Below, one piece after another: positions 51,036 through 62,200 of a stretch of 64,000 nt of DNA. Origin of the DNA: Macrostomum lignano (Eukaryota); the NCBI GenBank assembly GCA_002269645.1, contig NIVC01000845.1, forward strand, positions 186,001 to 250,000, in the 5' to 3' direction. The position numbers and the translations under genes were made by a program. Under the pieces are notes generated by a model that was not told the DNA's origin, did no database searches, and was given only the letters and a program-made list of their open reading frames with translations. Numbering within the stretch: the stretch's first letter is position 1; each line of letters begins with the position of its first letter.

Positions 51036-52494
51036 ATTTAAAGAAATATTTATTATTTATAATTTTATTAGCTAGTACAGATAAAGTAATCTATAGAGTT
51101 TTCTGTAAGATTAAGAGTTCTGATTTAATGGATATGGCATTACAATGTTATCAGACTGAATAAAATGCCCTTGAATAATTAGCAACTAATAACAACGGAT
51201 CATTTCAGATTGCGAGCAGCCAACCAATAGACAGACAGTCAGCTGAGTTGAGCTGAGTTGAACAACGGACTCTCAATGCCCCGCAAATTTTCAATTGAAT
51301 TACCAATTAAAACCCCCATCCCCTTGTTGATTGACGCTTGTTCGCTTCGAACCAAATTAAAGCTTTCTTAAGCTCTCGTTGCGAGAAGATTCGTTTTTAA
51401 GTAATAATTGTTTCCGTACTTGCGTAATGTGTTGCTTTCTTTTGTATGCCTATCAATTCTTCGTAATAAGCATAGATAATATATAACTTAGATTTTTGGT
51501 CACTCTCCTGAGAGTTACTACTCTCAGGTCAGTAGTAGAATTTGCGTGTGCAAAGAAAAATTTTCATCGGCGCGTTAAATTAAATTGGAAAGAGAAAAAA
51601 CTATGTATTTGTACATGAGTTTTTTAATGACTGGGGTCTAGACACCGTCCGCTGATGCAAATCTGGCTGAAATTAACTATTTCGTTGAGTTTGTACTACT
51701 TACATCTGGACCTAAGAGTAGTGCGTCAATTAAATTTGGTGAAGTGACAAATCTAGGCATATGTATTATCTGTGCTAATAAGTAATGAATATTTTCTATG
51801 CAGTTTTCTTATTGTTTTAAATTTCAACTTTTTCCCAGGCCTTGTAGGGCCGGATTCTGAAATCCTCGCTACGAAGCTAAAAGAGGTTTATTGTTTTTGT
51901 TTTTTCTTTTAGTTGCAAAATCCCCGTCAACCTACTATTAGTAATAAAAGAGATTCCAAAATATCAGTAAACTTTATAAAATAGCGCGCACTTAGCCTAC
52001 TTGAAGTAGGATAGTGGAAATGTTTCTATTGTCAAACAAACTCTACAGTAGTTTATTTATTATTAATTAATATTGTTGTCTATCCTCTGCGCAAGCACAC
52101 TCAGACTTTATTTTTTAGGGGTCTATTCTTATAGAAAGATAGCTGTTTTTTATGGTTTAATAGCCGTCTTTACTTTTATTAAATGTACTATTACTGCGTT
52201 TGATGCTGCAAACCTGTTGTTTAATAACTCCATAAAAATGCTGTTTTAGTAAGGTTATTAAATGACTATGCTCCTATTATATTACTATAGTCGTATGTGT
52301 AGCCAGTGAAAAATTATTTCAAAATAATAATACATTGATGCAACTGGCAACAAGCGGCAAGTTCACTTGCTTTACGCAAAGTTTAATAATAAATCTGTAT
52401 TATAATATTATTATTTATTCTGTGAATTGCTACCTGGGTCTTATTAATGTTTCTGCTTTCATTATAGACCTGAGATCTGACTCTGATTCTCGGA

Positions 52495-52980
52495 GAGAAT
52501 TGAGTAGGTTGTGAGTGAATTGGGTAGTCTGTGAGAGAATTGGGTAGGTTGTGAGAGAATTGGGTAGGCTGTGAGAGAATTGGGTAGGCTGTGAGAGAAT
52601 TGGGTAGGTTGTGAGAGAATTGGGTAGGTTGTGAGAGAATTGGGTAGGTTGTGAGAGAATTGGGTAGGCTGTGAGAGAATTAGGTAGGTTGTGAGAGAAT
52701 TGGCTAGGCTGTGAGAGAATTGGATAAGTTGTGAGAGAATTGGCTAGGCTGTGGGAGAATTGGGTAGGTTGTGAGAGAATTGGGTAGGTTGTGAGAGAAT
52801 TGGCTAGGCTGTGGGAGAATTGGGTAGGTTGTGAGAGAATTGGGTAGGTTGTGAGAGAATTGGCTAGGCTGTGGGAGAATTGGGTAGGTTGTGAGAGAAT
52901 TGGGTAGGTTGTGAGAGAATTGGCTAGGCTGTGGGAGAATTGGTTCGGCTTTGAGCTAACATGGAGGGGCTGTGAGAGAA
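52495..52980. repeat. 20-bp minisatellite (GTGAGAGAATTGGGTAGGTT)
   Basis: About 24 copies. Confidence 0.95.
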
Positions 52981-53389
52981 TAGCAAGATCTAGACCTCAA
53001 CAGTTCCCCATGGCAACAGGTTAGGAACATAAAACAGGTTTGTGCTTTATTTTGGGCAATACTTGGCTGAATCGGGCTATTTTGCAGTTTTCTTGGAAAT
53101 ACCGAGGACACGAATTCGCGGAAAAAATATCGTATGATTCAATTTTGTTTAATAATAGGCTAGAATTGTGCATAACTTTGCTAAGTACAAGTTCTATTTT
53201 TAGCTTATGTGTACATACATGTAAATACTGTCTTGCACTGTACAATCTTATTACCTTGTTACAACACTCTTAAAACTGGTTTATATGCCTTGATTGGGGC
53301 CAACTTGGATTAGGCTTCGTCTTGGTTCCTGGTTGAACCGGTTGTTTGAGCTAGATAAATAGTTTTTATTTTGAGCTTCCACACTTGGA

Positions 53390-56300
53390 ATGGAAAATTT
53401 GATTCAATTGTTTGTCCGCGGCTTCAAAGGCAACACCACGACTATAGATATTCACAAGGTGAGCTTGCTAGGCTCTACATGTACTTTTATACTGTTTTTG
53501 TCCTTCAGCTGGACCCCTTCCTCTCCTTCAGCTGGACCCCCTCCTCTCCTTCAGCTGGACCCCCTCCTCTCCTTCAGCTGGACCCCCTCTCCTTCAGCTG
53601 GACCCCCTCTCCTTCAGCTGTAACCCCGCCCTGCTACATTCATTTCGATGAGACGCCGGTACGATACATTCCACACCCACCGCGCCGCTCTTGCGCAGGA
53701 TGCCCAGATCAAGGATCTGTTTCGCAAGCTGGAGGATAAGACAGGACTCAAGCCGGGTGCCTACCAGATGGTCTACGTGAGCAAGACTATCGACTTTGAG
53801 CAGCACAAGGACAAGCACCTGACCGAGTTTCACCTGGAGAATCACTCCAATCTCTTCATGGTGCTGCGTCTGCACGGCGGATCCAAGGTGAGTTCACTGC
53901 GAAGCGAGAGCACCCTCCGACGCCACATGCCAAAGGGAGAATCTCGGTAGGAGAATCCCGTTGGAGAAACCGGTGGGAGAACCCGGTGGGATAACTCCGG
54001 TGGGAGAATCCCGGTGGGAGAACCCGGTGGGATGACTCCGGTGGGAGAATCCCGATGGGAGAACTCGGTGGGAGAATCCCGGTGAGAGAATCCCGGTGGG
54101 AGAATCCCGGTAGGAGAATCCCGGTGGCAGAACCGGTGGAATAACTCCGGTGGGTGAATCCAGGTGAGAGAATCCCGGCAGAATCCCGGTAGGAGAATCC
54201 CGTTAGGAGAATCCCTGTGGGAGAATCCCGGTGGCAGAACCGGTGGAATAACTCCGGTGGGTGAATCCAGGTGAGAGAATCCCGGCAGAATCCCGGTAGG
54301 AGAATCCCGTTAGGAGAATCCCTGTGGGAGAATCCCGGTGGCAGAACCGGTGGAATAACTCCGGTGGGAGAATCCTGGTGAAAGAATCCCGGTGGCAGAA
54401 TCCCGGTAGGAGAATCCCTGTGAGAAAACCCAGTGGCAGAATTCAGGTGAGAGAATCACTGTGGAAAAAATCCCTTTGGCAGAATCCCGGTGGGAGAATC
54501 CGGGTGAAAGAATCCCGGTGGTAGAACCAGTGGTGTAAGAATCCTTGTGAGAGAATCCCGGTGGCAGAATCCGGGTGGCAGAATCCCGTTAGGAGAATCC
54601 CGTTAGGAGAATCCCTGTGGGAGAATCCCGGTGGCAGAATCCCGGTGGGAGAATCCCGGTGGCAGAATCCCGGTGGGAGAATCCGGTTGAAAGAATCCCG
54701 GTGGTAGAACCAGTGGTGTAAGAATCCTTGTGAGAGAATCCCGGTGGGAGAATCCGGGTGGCAGAATCCCGTTAGGAGAATCCCTGTGGGAGAATCCCGG
54801 TGGCAGAATCCCGGTGGCAGAATCCCGGTGGGAGAATCCCGGTGTGGGAATCCTGTTGAGAGAAGGTAGAAAAGTTCTAGCCAGAGAATCTCACGGACCA
54901 GGAAAATTTTTTTTCTCACAGGAGCTGGACGACTGCGTTGAGCTCACCGACCTGCCGGACATGATCACCTGGGACGATGACAAGGACGGCAAGCGGGCGA
55001 AGATGCCCTGCGGCCACGCCATCGGCCCGGAAAGCCTCACCAGCTATTGCCACAGTCTGCTGGACACGGGGCGCTACCGGTTCCTCTGCCCCTGGGTGGA
55101 CCCCGCCAACGCGGGCGTCGGCTGCCCCGCCGAGTGGGACTTCGTGATCGTGCGACGGCTGGCCGTGCTCACCGACGCTGAGAAGCGCGAGTTTGAGCGC
55201 AAAATCTCTGAGAACTACCTGCGACGGGCGGTGAATATTCAGGCAAGTATTGGCAGGCAAACGCTAGGCCTATAAGGTACAAAAACATACAGACATACAA
55301 ACAGACAGACAACCAGACACCCAGACATCCAAATGGACACTAAGACACCCAGATGGACACTAAGACACCCAAATGGACACTAAGACACCCAGATGGACAC
55401 TAAGACACCCAGATGGACACTAAGACATCCAAATGGACACTAAGACTTCCAAATGGACACTAAGACATACAAATAGACACTAAGACATCCAAATGGACAC
55501 TAAGACACCCAAATGGACACTAAGACACCCAGATGGACACTAAGACACCCAGATGGACACTAAGACATCCAAATGGACACTAAGACATCCAAATGGACAC
55601 TAAGACATCCAAATGGACACTAAGACTTCAAATGGACACTAAGACATCCAAATGGACACTAAGACACCCAGATGGACACTAAGACTTCCAAATGGACACT
55701 AAGACTTCAAATGGACACTAAAACATCCAAATGGACACTAAGACTTCAAATGGACACTAAAACATCCAAATGGACACTGAGACACCCAGAAAGACAGATG
55801 GACACCCGGACAGACAGATAGACATTAACACATTCAGACTCGCTCTCAACCCCGCAGGAGTGCCCAGGCTGCAGGTCGTTCTGCCAGCGCCGCAGCGGTC
55901 GCGATCGCCGAATGATCTGTCCGGTGTGCTCAGAGACGGACAAAGGGCGGCTGTTCGAGTTCTGCTGGTACTGCTTGAACAAGTGGCGCACCCCGGGAAC
56001 GACCAAGTGCGGCAACGACATCTGCTCGGGCAAGGACCCTCGGATCGCCATTCTGGCCGCGGCGAAGGTCAAGACGATCGTCGGCGTGCCCGGTAGGTCA
56101 TCAGGGCAATTAGCAATTCTTTATAAACCTAAACCTGTGCCATTCGAAATTCTCATGGATAACAACAGACTCGTTAAAGTAGCGTTAAAGTGCAATTTTT
56201 ATAACCATAATCTCGTCTCCAGACGTGCCCGGCCGCCGCGCCTGCATCAAGTGCGGCATGATCATCGAGCACGTGACCGCCTGCAAGCACATGAAGTGCG

Positions 56301-56425
56301 TCTGCGACCAAGAGTTCTGCTTCATCTGCTTGAAGCCGAAGAACGACAGGGGCAACTGGCAGTGCGGCAGCTACAGGGAGCCATGCGCTGTGGCACCGAG
56401 GCAAACCGAGGTTCCCGGGGAGTGA
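53390..56425 (+). CDS. Ubiquitin-like domain + RBR (degenerate RING1-IBR-RING2) E3 ligase-like protein, copy 1, 338 aa
   Basis: Exons 53390-53458, 53699-53887, 54922-55242, 55858-56092, 56223-56425. UBL ends LRLHGG. IBR: ECPGC..ICPVC..FCWYC. RING2: CIKC..IEHVTACKHMKC.C..EFCFIC. Intron 3 has a GC donor. Confidence 0.9.
53500..53622. repeat. 20/23-bp repeat (CCTTCAGCTGGACCCCCTCCTCT) in UBL-RBR copy 1 intron 1
   Basis: Six copies. Confidence 0.9.
53940..54870. repeat. About 14-bp minisatellite (GGGAGAATCCCGGT) in UBL-RBR copy 1 intron 2
   Basis: Degenerate tandem copies. Confidence 0.93.
55315..55790. repeat. 20-bp minisatellite (ATGGACACTAAGACATCCAA) in UBL-RBR copy 1 intron 3
   Basis: About 23 copies. 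Confidence 0.94.
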
Positions 56426-56511
56426 GGCGCATCTCTGCTGGCGTGACTGATGCGGCGGAGAATAAAGACTTTGAGATGGAACACTTGATGGAGCTGGTGA
56501 TGGAAGATCTG

Positions 56512-57385
56512 TATGAGATTGAGGATCTGTGGGAGATGGGAGCTGAGATTGAGGATCTGTGGGAGATGGGAGCTGAGATTGAGGATCTGTGGGAGACGGG
56601 AGCTGAGATTGAGGATCTGTGGGAGACGGGAGCTGAGATTGGGGATCTGTGGGAGATAGGAGCTGAGATTGAGGATCTGTGGGAGATGGGAGCTGAGATT
56701 GAGGATCTGTGGGAGATGGGAGCTGAGATTGAGGATCTGTGGGAGACGGGAGCTGAGATTGAGGATCTGTGGGAGATGGGAGCTGAGATTGAGGATCTGT
56801 GGGAGACGGGAGCTGAGATTGAGGGTCTGTGGGAAATGGGAGCTGAGATTGGGGATCTGTGGGAAATGGGAGCTGAGATTGGGGATCTGTGGGAAATGGG
56901 AGCTGAGATTGGGGATCTGTGGGAAATGGGAGCTGAGATTGGGGATCTGTGGGAAATGGGAGCTGAGATTTGGGATCTGTGGAAAATGGGAGCTGAGATT
57001 GGGGATCTGTGGAAAATGGGAGCTGAGATTGGGGATCTGTGGAAAATGGGAGCTGAGATTGGGGATCTGTGGGAGATGGGAGCTGAGATTGGGGATCTGT
57101 GGGAGATGGGAGCTGAGATTGGGGATCTGTGGGAGACGGGAGCTGAGATTGAGGATCTGTGGGAGATGGGAGCTGAGATTGAGGATCTGTGGGAGACGGG
57201 AGCTGAGATTGGGGATCTGTGGGAGATGGAAGCTGAGATTGGGGATCTGTGGGAAATGGGAGTTGAGATTGGGGATCTGTGGGAGATGGGAGCTGAGATT
57301 GGGGATCTGTGGGAGATGGGAGCTGAGATTGGGGATCTGTGGGAGATGGGAGCTGAGATTGGGGATCTGTGGGAGATGGGGGGGC
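56512..57385. repeat. 30-bp minisatellite (GAGATTGGGGATCTGTGGGAGATGGGAGCT) 3' of UBL-RBR copy 1
   Basis: About 29 copies. Confidence 0.96.
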
Positions 57386-57785
57386 TGGTGATGGCAAATC
57401 ATCGAGTAAATTGTTTTTTTAGTAAAAATCACCCAAGTAAAAATTAATATTTTATTTATTAGAAAGTTGATGTTTTGAATTGTTACGGTTGTACATGTGT
57501 GACCCGTGTGTTTTTAGTTTTTTAGTTGACTGTTTGGTTTGACTTTAAGTAATTGCATCTGCTCGTACTTGCGTACTTGAATTTTACTATTTATATTCCG
57601 GTGTATCAAGAGACAAAGCGATAAATAAATTCAACTTTAATCGTCTTTAATTCCATTAAAATTCGCGTTTTAGTTCGAGTCGAAATTTGCACTCAAAAAG
57701 GAAACTTTGAGTTAGTCATTTTTTCAAATCATCTGTTAAGCAGAACTGGTCGCGGTTAGTACGCAGTTGATATGCTTGTATTTAA

Positions 57786-57830
57786 GGTGGGTTGCTCAGT
57801 GGTTCCGGGTTCGATTCGTTGTGACCCCAC
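57786..57830 (+). mobile_element. tRNA-derived SINE-like head with anticodon arm missing
   Basis: GGTGGGTTGCTCAGTGGTT (A-box-like) directly followed by CCGGGTTCGATTCG (B-box). Confidence 0.4.
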
Positions 57831-58189
57831 TGCAGCGGAGGGCAGCAGATCTGAACTGCGATAGAAATTCAGGGAAAGAGAGCTGCGTTGCCCCACATCG
57901 CCAGTGCTGTACAATCGTTGTACCTACATCCGTGATTGTAGTGGCTCTTAAAGTGTACATCCTAGCTTGTTGTGTTTGAGCTATGGAGCTACGAACAGTC
58001 TTATTTGATAATGGAATGTACATTAGCAGTAGTAGACAGATGGTACCTAGTAACAGGCCAGAAAACTGTGCAAAGAAAGGCATTTATACCGAGAAAGCTA
58101 GGACCCAGGCTTTTAGTTGAGTCAAACTGGCAATCTGAGTTAATACATGTAAGTTTTCCTTTGACTTGTACTTGATAAGCTTGGTAAAA

Positions 58190-60708
58190 ATGGATAATTT
58201 ATTACAGATTTTCGTGAAGGATTTCAACAGCCGCACAGAGACAGTTAGCATTCTCAAGGTAAGAACTATGAGCACCTACTATTGTTTGTACTTACCTGTA
58301 CGAGGAAAACAATTAGGAACAGAGCTAGTGAGCAGTTTCAGTTCACAGGCAAACCCCGTTCTAACAAAGGATTACCCGTACTCTCTTAGTCTAACATATC
58401 CAGTGCCAACCCCGTAACGATGTGAAAGAAAAATGAAGCAATGCACTCTCCACGACCTATAGGATGCTCAGATCAAGGATCTGTTTAGCAAGCTGGAAGA
58501 AAAGACGGGACTCGAACCTGGCACCTACCAGATGGTCTACGCGAGCAAGACTATCGACTTTGAACAGCACAAAGACAAGCATCTGTCCGACTTTCACTTG
58601 GAGAATCACGCCAATCTCCACATGGTGCTGCGTCTACCAGGTGGCTCAAGACTGAGAGTGAGTAATACCTGTACCGGTTCATCACAGAATTCGGTATCGC
58701 TTCTGAACTTCTTAAATTCCGATATTTGCACGCAACTATAATTCTGTGTCAAGGAGCTGGACGACTGCATTGAGCTCACCGAGGAGCCGGACATGATCAC
58801 CTGGGACGACGACAAAGACAACTTGCGAGTCAAAATGCCCTGCGGCCACGCCATCGGACCGGACAGCCTCACCATGTACTGTCGCAGCCTGCTGGACTCC
58901 GGCCTCTACCGCTTCCTCTGCCCCTGGCTGGACCCGAACGATTCCAGAGTTGGCTGCCCCGTCGAATGGGACTTCGTCGTTATACGACGGCTGGCCGTGC
59001 TTAGCGACGAGGAGAGGCAAGAGTTTGAACGAAAGATTTCCGAGAACTATTTGCGACGGGCGGTGAATATTCAGGTAAGAAACGTTCGATTATAAGAAAC
59101 TTAATACTTTATAGAAATGCAAGATTGTCAGCTGACAGATATCCCGTGACGCCGCAAACGTTAACAGCGTGTTTTCTGTTGCAACTGGCAGCTTTAAAAG
59201 TGATTCATTTCCGAACGGTTCCTCACACAGGAGTGCCCGAGCTGTCACTCCTACTGCAAGCGCGTCAGCTCGCGCGATCGTCGCGTGGTCTGCCCCGCCT
59301 GTTCCAGCGGAGGCAGGCAGCGTTTCGAGTTCTGCTGGTACTGCTTGAACAAGTGGCGCAGTGCTGGCACGGACAAGTGCGGCAATGACATCTGCTCCGG
59401 CAAGGACCCTCGGATCGCCATTCTGGCCGCGGCGCCGGTCAAAGAGATTGTCGGCGTGAAGGGTCAGTTGGCCTGCAGGGGGGTGCACTTTAAGTATGAC
59501 GTAGTACGGGCGTATGGAGGGGGGAGCACCAGGAGGGAGGACTTTTCACCGTCGGGGCGTCAGTGTGATGACGGAATGCTTGAGAGACCAGCTGAGGATG
59601 TCCTGCAGTTTAGGCTTTCCCACTGTTGAGGATCCAGAAGCTCCGCCTGCGTGAAGGCCAGTGACCAACGAAGTCAGAGCTGATGCAGACGCATGTGGTT
59701 GACGTCCTGATGAAATCTGGAGGTCTAGCAAGGCCGCTCTGAGGCGCAGTGCTGATTGGCACACACGAGGTGTATTGAGCTCACTAGCGCTTATACGAGC
59801 TAGAAAAAATCTGACCTTCTGGCAGAATCGTTGAATATCTCGACGGTCTGGAGGGCTAGCGACTTGATTCTTGTTTGAGAAGGTTTACAACAGAAAGTTA
59901 GCCCCTGCTCCTAAATTTCGTGTGCCTGCGTGGTTCCCTTACGGCGCAGCAAAAAATTGTCAGGGGATTCCCCCCTTGGTAGTTCGATAGGCGGAAAAAA
60001 TGGCTTGTTGGCTTGTTAATGAGGCCGCGCTCAAAATCGAACCCAGGGTGCTTGGTGAGAGAATCAAGGGCGTTAACCGCTGAGCTGCTCTGCCAAAGAA
60101 TACGCCCGCAGACACTACGTAATATTCGTCTTCAGACCGTGTTAGACTGTGTTAGATCAATTAACTCTGAGTCCAAAATCCCGACATGAAGCATAAAGCC
60201 AAGTTTCGAAATCGAACGACCTCGAACCACTGGTCCCCCTTCTCGACTTGAGGCAAACCCTCTGCTGACAAGCATTAGGGAGACAAGCATTAAAGCTAAG
60301 GGAGGTGGCATTAAATACATGTATGAAGCGGCTAGCGTGCGGCGAGATGAAGACCGCTTGTCCTTTAATAAAGTGCTGCGACTGGGCCTTTTACGGCTCT
60401 AGTTTATTTGGGCCATAGACAGTTTGAGCAGCAGTGGCTGGCTCTGTCAAAAGTACGTGTCCACTACATGTAGATAATGTTTTATCCCCAAAATCACGCA
60501 TCCAGACGTGCCCGGTCGCCGCGCCTGCATCCACTGCGGCATGATCATCGAGCACGTTCGTTTTTGCAAGCACATGAAGTGCATCTGCGGCCAAGAGTTC
60601 TGCTTCATCTGCTTAAAGCCGAAGAACAGCGAGGGCAACTGGCAGTGCGGCAGCTTCAACGCCCCGTGTACAATTGCTCCAAGGCAAACTCAGGTGCCCG
60701 GAGAATGA
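58190..60708 (+). CDS. Ubiquitin-like domain + RBR E3 ligase-like protein, copy 2, 339 aa
   Basis: Exons 58190-58258, 58463-58657, 58754-59074, 59231-59462, 60506-60708. Same intron positions and phases as copy 1; UBL ends LRLPGG. Confidence 0.9.
59995..60094 (-). mobile_element. tRNA-like sequence (SINE head or tRNA pseudogene) inside intron 4 of UBL-RBR copy 2
   Basis: Minus strand GGCAGAGCAGCTCAGCGGTTAACG..CTCTCACC..GGGTTCGATTTTGAGCGCGGCC, then a T6 run about 22 nt downstream. Stems pair imperfectly. Confidence 0.55.
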
Positions 60709-61014
60709 GGCACTTCTTAAAGTACTATTAGCGTCGATGCTTTGGATGGTGTAAAACAATCAATATGTTTTTTTTTCAAAACAATAAAAAGCTAGTTAGA
60801 TCACAGTGCAGTGGCTAGAACCTGTTAGACTTACATGTAGTTTAGTCCTAAGCCGATTATTTTACCTGGTAGGATCTAAACAAAATATTAGAAAGTCTTG
60901 AAATATTAATTTCTGGCTTAATGTCTCTCGAGTCTAATCAGTTAAGTCGCACTTTTGTTAAAATTGAACAGGAAAATATTTATATGCATCTCAGTTGGTC
61001 AAGATCTCTCGCAG

Positions 61015-62200
61015 GATCGTTGGTTAATGTCTCTCGTGAGGTCTGAATTCTCAGTTGGTTAATGTCTCTCGTGAGGTCTGAATTCTCAGTTGGTTAATGT
61101 CTCTCGTGAGGTCTCAATTCTCAGTTGGTTAATGTCTCTCGTGAGGTATGAATTCTCAGTTGGTTAATGTCTCTCGTGAGGTCTCAATTCTCAGTTGGTT
61201 AATGTCTCTCGTGAGGTCTGAATTCTCAGTTGGTTAATGTCTCTCGTGAGGTCTCAATTCTCAGTTGGTTAATGTCTCTCGTGAGGTATGAATTCTCAGT
61301 TGGTTAATGTCTCTCGTGAGGTCTCAATTCTCAGTTGGTTAATGTCTCTCGTGAGGTCTCAATTCTCAGTTGGTTAATGTCTCTCGTGAGGTCTCAATTC
61401 TCAGTTGGTTAATGTCTCTCGTGAGGTCTCAATTCTCAGTTGGTTAATGTCTCTCGTGAGGTCTCAATTCTCAGTTGGTTAATGTCTCTCGTGAGGTCTC
61501 AATTCTCAGTTGGTTAATGTCTCTCGTGAGGTCTCAATTCTCAGTTGGTTAATGTCTCTCGTGAGGTCTCAATTCTCAGTTGGTTAATGTCTCTCGTGAG
61601 GTCTCAATTCTCAGTTGGTTAATGTCTCTCGTGAGGTCTCAATTCTCAGTTGGTTAATGTCTCTCGTGAGGTCTCAATTCTCAGTTGGTTAATGTCTCTC
61701 GTGAGGTCTCAATTCTCAGTTGGTTAATGTCTCTCGTGAGGTCTCCATTCTCAGTTGGTTAATGTCTCTCGTGAGGTCTGAATTCTCAGTTGGTTAATGT
61801 CTCTCGTGAGGTCTCAATTCTCAGTTGGTTAATGTCTCTCGTGAGGTCTCAATTCTCAGTTGGTTAATGTCTCTCGTGAGGTCTCAATTCTCAGTTGGTT
61901 AATGTCTCTCGTGAGGTCTGAATTCTCAGTTGGTTAATGTCTCTCGTGAGGTCTCAATTCTCAGTTGGTTAATGTCTCTCGTGAGGTCTCAATTCTCAGT
62001 TGGTTAATGTCTCTCGTGAGGTCTCAATTCTCAGTTGGTTAATGTCGCTCGTGAGGTCTCAATTCTCAGTTGGTTAATCTCTCGTGAGGTCTCAATTCTC
62101 AGTTGGTTAATGTCTCTCGTGAGGTCTCAATTCTCAGTTGGTTAATGTCTCTCGTGAGGTCTCAATTCTCAGTTGGTTAATGTCTCTCGTGAGGTCTGGT
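61015..62200. repeat. 35-bp minisatellite (CTCAGTTGGTTAATGTCTCTCGTGAGGTCTCAATT)
   Basis: About 34 near-identical copies. Confidence 0.97.

Noticed and set aside
55912-57447. 511-aa ORF starting with IBR-like sequence and ending in EDLWEMGAEI repeats
   Set aside because: Chimera of exon 4, read-through intron, an out-of-frame exon 5 and the 30-bp array. The paralog confirms the spliced model.
61015-62200. 35-bp repeats of CRISPR-like length
   Set aside because: Units are contiguous with no unique spacers, there are no cas genes, and the context is eukaryotic. The same applies to the other 30-40-bp arrays.
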